Below, in pieces: positions 19,579 to 25,795 of a DNA stretch of 64,000 nt (within the stretch, counting starts at the first letter, position 1; each line of letters opens with the position of its first letter). The stretch comes from an uncultured delta proteobacterium (GTDB taxonomy: Bacteria > Myxococcota_A > Polyangia > Polyangiales > Polyangiaceae), in contig CAWDXG010000004.1 in NCBI GenBank assembly GCA_963806225.1, positions 2,240,001 through 2,304,000 on the forward strand, written 5' to 3'. Position numbers and translations under genes: made by a program. The notes under the pieces were generated by a model. That model saw nothing but the letters and a program-made list of their open reading frames with translations. It had not been told where the DNA came from and did not search any database.

Positions 19579-21458
19579 GGCGTCTCCCTCCTGAGCCCCT
19601 CGCGGGTCCTACCCAGAAACCTTCCGTAGCGATTGAAGAACGGCGTCTCGCAGACGCCGAGCAGCCGCTCGAGCGTACGCATCGCGCCGGCGGTCCCCAG
19701 CTCGAAGTGCTGGATCGAGAAGGCCCCCTTCCCTGCCTCGCTCAGCCGCCAGTCGAAGAAGTGGTACGAGAGGAACGCCCGCGCCTCGCTCTGCCTCAAG
19801 CGCTCCCTGAGGAACTCGAAACTGTCGAACGCCCGGATCGAATGGCGTGACGGTTCGCGCAGCATCTTGCGGACAAGGCCCGCGGTGCGGCGCGCGACTT
19901 CCGGATTGCCCACGCGGATCAGTACGTCGATACCGAAGCCCATCTCCTCGATCGTTTCGAGCAACGGCACACCCCAGCTCCGTCCGGGGGTGGTGAGGAA
20001 GAACGACTCCTCGTCGCGCACCACGATTCCGAGCCGGTGCTCCCGCGCCCGGCTCCGGAGCCGCTCCCAGCGCTCCTGTTCCGGCTCGATGTGCCGCTCC
20101 CACGTCGCATCCAGATCGGCAGAGCAGCCCAGTTCGCCGGCGATGGCCTCGAGCCAGCGCCGCGTGCCCTGGAACCCGTAGGGAGCCTGGGGCGTAATGT
20201 GCGGCGTGCGGCTGCCGAAGACGAGCTGGTCGTAGATGTGTTGCCAGGTGTCGTTGGGGAACAGCACGTTCAGCTCGGCCTGTGGCAGCCGATCCACCAG
20301 GCTCTGCCGCACGTCCGGCAGGAAGCGCGCGTTAACGTCGATACCCGCCGCGCCGAGCAACTCGACCAGTTCCGGTGCGGCACGGCGCCCGCCGAAACCG
20401 ATCAGGTTCACGCTGCCCGGCACCGGGGGCGGAGCGCTGCGCTCCACCTCCAGGCGACGGTCGACCAGGAGCGTCTGGAACAGGTTGTTCATCGAGCGGG
20501 GCGTGACCGTCAGATACAGGATGCGCTTGCCGCTCTTCTTCTCCCAGCGCTTGACCACCGATTCGACGTCCTCGCCGGCCACGGTCGGCAGGCAGGTGTT
20601 GCTGAAGAAAATCAGCTTCTCGCCGAGATCCTCCTTCGCCGTGACGTATTCGAGTACGTCGTTCAGCTTGTCCGGGTTGCCGAAGACGACGTCGTCTTCT
20701 GTGAGATCGGTCGTCACCATGCCGTCTGACAGCTCGTCATCCATTGCGCCGGCGATGGGAGGCGGTTGCATCGGCTCGCGAACCCGCTCGTCCCACGGGT
20801 AGTTCACGAGCGAAACCGTGGACGTGAGCGCGTGCGGCGTGACGTTGATGCATTCGAACTCGCAGTGCTGGATGGACTGGAACAGGACGCTGGGGTCGAC
20901 CGAGTCGAGCTGCGAGCGCGCTATCTCTCCGCCGGCGAAAAAGTCTGCGTAGCTGTCGGGAGCACCCCATGTGTCGAGCAGCGAGCGCGGCCGCTCCCCC
21001 TCGTCGCGTCCCGGCGGCATGGGAAGACCCGGCTTGCCCGCCTCGGGGTCCTGCTCCAGCAGCTTCGCCAGCCGGTCCAGGCTCCAGTCCCTGAGCCGGC
21101 GAGGGCCCGCGGCCTGGACGGAGCCGAGCAACCGCGGTGCCACATCGTGATTGCGGAAGTAGACATTGAGATGGCTTGTCCTGAGCAGACCACGTGACTC
21201 CGGCTTGCGGCGCTCGACGCACAGCACCGCGGGCTCGTCCTCGCCCACGTCGACCCCGAGTTCCAGCGAGTGGTCCTTCCATGCGGCCGACACGACCCGG
21301 TAGGGCTCACCGGCCGCCTCGATCCCGAAAAGCCTGGCGAGCGCGGCACAGCTCCTCGGACCGAGCGCCACCACCCTTCCCCCGAGGGAGTTGTGCCGCT
21401 GCTCTGCTGGCGGAGCGGCCGGGAGATACGCACCTGTCCGCGGCCCGCCCATCGTCAC
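19575..21458 (-). CDS. Nitrogenase component 1-like oxidoreductase subunit (BchY/NifD-like) with N-terminal extension
   Basis: HCEFEC, TTDLTEDDVVFG..KL, NTCLPTVAGEDVESV, SVNLIG, PYGFQGTRRWL; GTG start overlaps the Fe-protein stop (alternative ATG at 21452). Confidence 0.8.
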   Translation of the reverse strand: MTMGGPRTGAYLPAAPPAEQRHNSLGGRVVALGPRSCAALARLFGIEAAGEPYRVVSAAWKDHSLELGVDVGEDEPAVLCVERRKPESRGLLRTSHLNVYFRNHDVAPRLLGSVQAAGPRRLRDWSLDRLAKLLEQDPEAGKPGLPMPPGRDEGERPRSLLDTWGAPDSYADFFAGGEIARSQLDSVDPSVLFQSIQHCEFECINVTPHALTSTVSLVNYPWDERVREPMQPPPIAGAMDDELSDGMVTTDLTEDDVVFGNPDKLNDVLEYVTAKEDLGEKLIFFSNTCLPTVAGEDVESVVKRWEKKSGKRILYLTVTPRSMNNLFQTLLVDRRLEVERSAPPPVPGSVNLIGFGGRRAAPELVELLGAAGIDVNARFLPDVRQSLVDRLPQAELNVLFPNDTWQHIYDQLVFGSRTPHITPQAPYGFQGTRRWLEAIAGELGCSADLDATWERHIEPEQERWERLRSRAREHRLGIVVRDEESFFLTTPGRSWGVPLLETIEEMGFGIDVLIRVGNPEVARRTAGLVRKMLREPSRHSIRAFDSFEFLRERLRQSEARAFLSYHFFDWRLSEAGKGAFSIQHFELGTAGAMRTLERLLGVCETPFFNRYGRFLGRTREGLRRETP

Positions 21459-22267
21459 CCGCTGATGAACTCGAAGAACTGCTCTTCGCCCATCGGCGTC
21501 GGCAGCGGCAGGTTGTCGAGGTCGAGCTCCAGTACCGTTTGTGCGAGCGCGTCGAGAGCCTTGGCCGACCCGGAATCGGGCGCGTGCTCCAGCACCGTGC
21601 GCCGCGCCTTCTCGGCCTCGATAATCAGCGGATCCCGCGGAACGAACGCCAGGATGCTCGAGGACAGCGTCTCGGCAAAGCGCTGGAGCATGTCGCGATC
21701 CGCATCGGGGCTCTTGAGCGAGGCCACGAACCCGCCGAGCACGACGCCGTTGTCGTGATAGGTCTTGATTGCCTTGGAAATATTGTTGGCGGCGAACAGG
21801 GCCATCGGCTCTTCGCTGATGACGATGATCACCTTCCGGGCAAACCCCTGGCGAAGCGGCGCTGCGAACCCGCCGCAGACGACGTTGCCGAGCACGTCGA
21901 ACATCACGACGTCGTAGCCGCCTGCTTCGAGCACCTCCATTTCGTCCAGGTACTCGAGGGTCCGCGCCACTCCGCGGCCGCCGCAGCCGAGGCCCGGCTG
22001 GGGCCCGCCCGCTTCGCAGCACTGGATACCGAGCCGACCGGCATGGAGGATGCGGTCGGTCGACGTCATGTTGGGGTCGTCGCGCAACGCATCGAGCACC
22101 GTGGTGATCGTGCCGTTGCCGTTCAGGAGCCGGATCGCGGAATCGTGCTTCGGATCGCAACCAACGTGGAGCACCTTCCTGCCCTTTCGGGCATAGGAGA
22201 TACTCAGGCTGGTCGCGACGACGGACTTGCCGACGCCACCCTTGCCGTAGACGGCAATGCGTTCCAA
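21455..22267 (-). CDS. Nitrogenase iron protein-like ATPase (NifH/BchL/BchX family)
   Basis: IAVYGKGGVGKS, GCDPKHDS, EAGGPQPGLGCGGRG, DVLGNVVCGGFAAP; both [4Fe-4S] Cys present; likely TTG start at 22267. Confidence 0.93.
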   Translation of the reverse strand: MERIAVYGKGGVGKSVVATSLSISYARKGRKVLHVGCDPKHDSAIRLLNGNGTITTVLDALRDDPNMTSTDRILHAGRLGIQCCEAGGPQPGLGCGGRGVARTLEYLDEMEVLEAGGYDVVMFDVLGNVVCGGFAAPLRQGFARKVIIVISEEPMALFAANNISKAIKTYHDNGVVLGGFVASLKSPDADRDMLQRFAETLSSSILAFVPRDPLIIEAEKARRTVLEHAPDSGSAKALDALAQTVLELDLDNLPLPTPMGEEQFFEFISG

Positions 22268-22358
22268 TTCTCGTCGATCCAACCACAGCGATGGCGGCCG
22301 GCCAAGGCGCGCGGTGGCGCTAGGGCGGCTTGCAACGCCTCGAGCAGACATCGATCAC

Positions 22359-22389
22359 CCCCGGACGTTGACATCGGTCAAGTCCGGGG
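22359..22389. promoter_or_regulatory. FNR/FixK-like operator palindrome between divergent operons
   Basis: CCCCGGAC-G-TTGAC-ATCG-GTCAA-GTCCGGGG; core TTGAC-N4-GTCAA at 22368-22381. Confidence 0.55.
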
Positions 22390-22435
22390 CCTGCGGGGCG
22401 CGGGTGCGTCCCTGCTGCGCTAGGATCACGAATCA

Positions 22436-23773
22436 ATGCTCGCGCGCGCAGTACCGGAGCTCGCGACGCTTGGTTTCGTGCCGGCGTCGCACCGCTGGAT
22501 GGTAACGCTGTGCGCAGGCCTGAGGCGGAGCGGCATCGGCTTCAGCGAAGCCGTGCTCGCCGACGGCGCCTTGCGCGTCACGCTGCTGCCCGGCACCCGC
22601 ACAGAGCTCGTCGCCGTCATCCGACCCCGCCGAGCCGGGATCCAGGGCGTCGCCTCGACCCGTTTCTTCACGCTTGGCTTCGACGGCGCGCGGGAGCTGG
22701 GGGTCAGAGAGCGAACAGCCCTGGCTCGCCTGGTGCTCGTCCTCGGACGGCTGGAGCACGCCGTTCCCGCGGAACTTGCCGGCCACGCTGCAATCGTGCG
22801 CCGCTCGAGCGCGCCCGAACGCGACTTGTGCCGCCTATTCCCGTTCGTGGACGTCGAGCGCTCGCGCGGCGCGCGCAACGCCCATGTGGAAGTCCTGGTA
22901 CGGGCGACGCGGGCCTGCAACCAGGCCTGCCCGTTCTGCTCCGCGCCCGACCACGCCGAGCCCGACGAGGAAGCGCTCCGCGCCTGCTTCACGGCGGTGG
23001 CCAGGCTGCTCCCGGACGCGGCGCTCGTGGTTACCGGCGGAGAGCCGTCGCTCCGCCCGCACTTCATCGACGAGGTGGCTCACGCGCTCTCCCTGCCCGG
23101 CGTCGGGAGCGTGCAGGTGCAGACCAATGCGGTGCCCTTCGCGAAAAAGCATGATCCGACGCGGCTTGTCGCGGATGCAAAGCTGGGTTTCTTCGTGTCG
23201 CTCCATTCGCTTGAACCGGAGCGCTACGATCGATGTACGGGAACGCGCGGCCAGCTCGAGCCGGCCATGGAAGGCATCCGACGGCTGCTGGCGGCGGGTC
23301 ACGGCGTCACGCTCAACGTCGTAGCGAGCAGCCTCAACCTCGACCACCTCGAGGAATTGGCGCGCCGTCTCCCCGACGCGTTTCCCGGCCCGAACCGCCC
23401 GCGCCTGCACTTCTCGGCCTTGATGTGCCCGGAACGGAGCCCCGGAGCCGCGGAGTTCCTCGTGCGCTATCCCGATCTGGTCCCGGCTATCGAGCGCGCG
23501 GCCCAGGCGGCTCTCGACAGCGGAACCGAGGTCGAGTCGCTGCTCGCCTCGACCCACGCTTCGCTGCCGACCTGCGTCCTGCCCAGTCCGCTCCGTGCTG
23601 GCAGACAACGCCCCGAGCTCCGCCCGGGCGAGACAGGTCACGCGCGCGATGCAACGCCGTGGGTGAAAGCTCCGCGCTGCGCTGATTGCGGCGAAAACGC
23701 GCACTGCCTGGGCGTGCCCCGCGCCTACGCAGAGCGGTTTGGCCTGGACGACCTACAGCCGGTGAAGGGCTGA
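22436..23773 (+). CDS. HxsC-like radical SAM protein with N-terminal accessory domain
   Basis: RACNQACPFC, VTGGEPSL, VQTNA, C-terminal KAPRCADCGENAHCLGVPRAYAERFG. Confidence 0.85.
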   Translation: MLARAVPELATLGFVPASHRWMVTLCAGLRRSGIGFSEAVLADGALRVTLLPGTRTELVAVIRPRRAGIQGVASTRFFTLGFDGARELGVRERTALARLVLVLGRLEHAVPAELAGHAAIVRRSSAPERDLCRLFPFVDVERSRGARNAHVEVLVRATRACNQACPFCSAPDHAEPDEEALRACFTAVARLLPDAALVVTGGEPSLRPHFIDEVAHALSLPGVGSVQVQTNAVPFAKKHDPTRLVADAKLGFFVSLHSLEPERYDRCTGTRGQLEPAMEGIRRLLAAGHGVTLNVVASSLNLDHLEELARRLPDAFPGPNRPRLHFSALMCPERSPGAAEFLVRYPDLVPAIERAAQAALDSGTEVESLLASTHASLPTCVLPSPLRAGRQRPELRPGETGHARDATPWVKAPRCADCGENAHCLGVPRAYAERFGLDDLQPVKG

Positions 23774-23774
23774 C

Positions 23775-24821
23775 ATGCTCCACGTGCTGGTCGGCGCCGA
23801 GTGCAACAACAACTGCTCGTTCTGCATGGAGTCCGACCGCGAAGGCCGCCGGCGCCACGTGCTGGGGCAAAGCCCTGACGACATCCGCCGATTCATCGAT
23901 GGATACGCCGAGCGCGACGAAATCCTCTTCACAAGCGGCGAGCCGACGTTGAACGAACGGCTATTGGAATATGTGCGCTGGGCGCGGGCGGCCGGCTTTT
24001 CTACCATCGGCGTGATCTCGAACGGCCGGCGGTTGGGCTACGAGAAGTACGCCCAGGCGCTGCTCGCCGCCGGCGTGAACAAGGTGACGCTCTCGATCCA
24101 CGGAGCTACCGCCGCCGTGCACGACTCGCTGACGCGCACGCCCGGCTCTTTCGTACAGTCCTCCAAGGCATTGGCAACGCTCGGTGCGCTGAAGCGGCGC
24201 CGGCGCTTCGACCTGCACACCAGCACGGTGCTGGTCCGCCGCAACCTGCCGCTCCTACGCGAGATACACCGATACCTCTCGTCGTTTCCAGTCGACCGCG
24301 TGTGTTTCAACGTGATGATGGCAAAGGGCGGCGGCGAGGAGCGCTTCGATCTGCTGATGCCCCGCTACTCGGACGTGGCGGCGTGCTTCCGCGAGCTGGC
24401 CCACGACCTCGACCGAGGAGCCATCGAGAGAACCAACCTGGCAGACGTGCCGGTCTGCGCGATGACGGGCGTCGACCGGCGGCTGCTCGGAGCGCAGGAG
24501 CACTTCGAACAGTTCGAAACGCGCCGTTCGAGCGGAGTGGCCACGCTCGGAAAGGGCGATCTCGAGCGCCTGTCGGCCGACGGCGACGCGCGCGCCGCGC
24601 GTCTGCTCGAGCGACAGGCAGAGGTCGATCTGCAGGGCGACGCCGCCTACTACCTGACCACCCGCGAGCTGAAGGACGACCTGTCCCGCGACAAGCGCGC
24701 CGAGTGCAGCACCTGCGCCTTGGACGCACGCTGTCCCGGCGTGTGGCGTCGCTATGTGGACGTGCACGGCTGGAGCGAGCTCGTTCCGGTCCGGAGAGCG
24801 GAGCGCGCGCCGTGCACTTGA
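23775..24821 (+). CDS. HxsC-like radical SAM protein
   Basis: GAECNNNCSFC, FTSGEPTL, ISNGRRL, HDSLTRTPGSF, C-terminal KRAECSTCALDARCPGVWRRY. Confidence 0.88.
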   Translation: MLHVLVGAECNNNCSFCMESDREGRRRHVLGQSPDDIRRFIDGYAERDEILFTSGEPTLNERLLEYVRWARAAGFSTIGVISNGRRLGYEKYAQALLAAGVNKVTLSIHGATAAVHDSLTRTPGSFVQSSKALATLGALKRRRRFDLHTSTVLVRRNLPLLREIHRYLSSFPVDRVCFNVMMAKGGGEERFDLLMPRYSDVAACFRELAHDLDRGAIERTNLADVPVCAMTGVDRRLLGAQEHFEQFETRRSSGVATLGKGDLERLSADGDARAARLLERQAEVDLQGDAAYYLTTRELKDDLSRDKRAECSTCALDARCPGVWRRYVDVHGWSELVPVRRAERAPCT

Positions 24822-24902
24822 CGATGATCATCTCCCAGCTCGGTTTCGGCGTCGGCTCCCTGATTCCGCACGCGACGCCGGGCTCGGCGCGGTAGCATCG
24901 AG

Positions 24903-25718
24903 ATGTTGTCAATCAACCCCGAGCTTGCCCGGCTGCGGGCGGCGATCGACCGCGCGCTGCCGGACCTATTGCCGTCCGGCGCGACCATTCCCCGTTCGCT
25001 GACCCGCGTGATGGGCCATGCCGTGCTTTCCGGCGGCAAGCGCTTGCGTCCGATCCTGACGCTGGCCGCCGCTGAGTTCCTCGGCGCCAACCCCGGGTCC
25101 TTGATGAGGAGCGCCTGCGGCATCGAGCTGGTGCACAAGAGCTCGCTGGTGCTGGACGACTTGCCCTGCATGGACGACAACGATCTTCGCCGGGGGAAGC
25201 CGTCGACGCACCAGCTGTTCGGCGAGTCGAGCGCGATTCTCGGATCGGCGTCGCTCTTGTGCCACGGCATCGATCTCGTGTGCGAAAACGCCCAGCAGCT
25301 GGAGATCCCGACGGAACGCGCCCTACTGGCGGTCCGCGGGCTCACTGCCGCTGTCGGCGCGGCAGGCATGTGCGGCGGCCAGGAGCTCGATCTCGATGCG
25401 CGCCCGCGCGGTCCGGCTCTGCGCGGGCGCATCCGCCAGCAGAAGACCGCCGTGCTGTTTAGCGCGGCCGCTGCCACCCCCGCGCTGCTGCTGGGCACGC
25501 CGGCCACGACGGTGGAGGCGCTTACGAGCTTTGGCAGCGCTCTCGGCGACGCCTTCCACCTCGGCGACGACATCCTCGACAACGAGATCGAGCCCAAAGC
25601 CGGACGCCAACTCCTGTTCGAGCGGGTCGATGCGGCCAAGCAGAAGCTGGGCGATCTCCAGGGGCGTAGCAACCTGCTGCTCTGCGTGGCCGATGCCATC
25701 CAGAACCGCGAGGCGTGA
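24903..25718 (+). CDS. Polyprenyl diphosphate synthase (CrtE/IspA family), short C-terminus
   Basis: GGKRLRP, SLVLDDLPCMDDNDLRRGKP (first Asp-rich motif), GQELDL, KTAVLF, FHLGDDILD (second motif). Confidence 0.88.
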   Translation: MLSINPELARLRAAIDRALPDLLPSGATIPRSLTRVMGHAVLSGGKRLRPILTLAAAEFLGANPGSLMRSACGIELVHKSSLVLDDLPCMDDNDLRRGKPSTHQLFGESSAILGSASLLCHGIDLVCENAQQLEIPTERALLAVRGLTAAVGAAGMCGGQELDLDARPRGPALRGRIRQQKTAVLFSAAAATPALLLGTPATTVEALTSFGSALGDAFHLGDDILDNEIEPKAGRQLLFERVDAAKQKLGDLQGRSNLLLCVADAIQNREA

Positions 25719-25795
25719 ACCATGGAGCCTGTTTTTCGATCGCACGCGGGCCTAATGGATGACGGCGCGGCCCGCGCGGGCCCACGGACGACGTG

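Noticed and set aside
18247..22267. Bona fide nitrogen fixation (nifHDK)
   Set aside because: P-cluster and FeMo-cofactor ligands are not recognisable, and there are no nifB/E/N genes in the window
18247..22267. Photosynthetic bchXYZ/bchLNB or F430 cfbCD assignment
   Set aside because: No photosynthesis or methanogenesis genes nearby, and the subunits are too divergent to name by eye
21459..22286. N-terminal 276 aa of the 903-aa ORF
   Set aside because: Off-frame read-through of the Fe-protein gene; the real start is at 21458 or 21452
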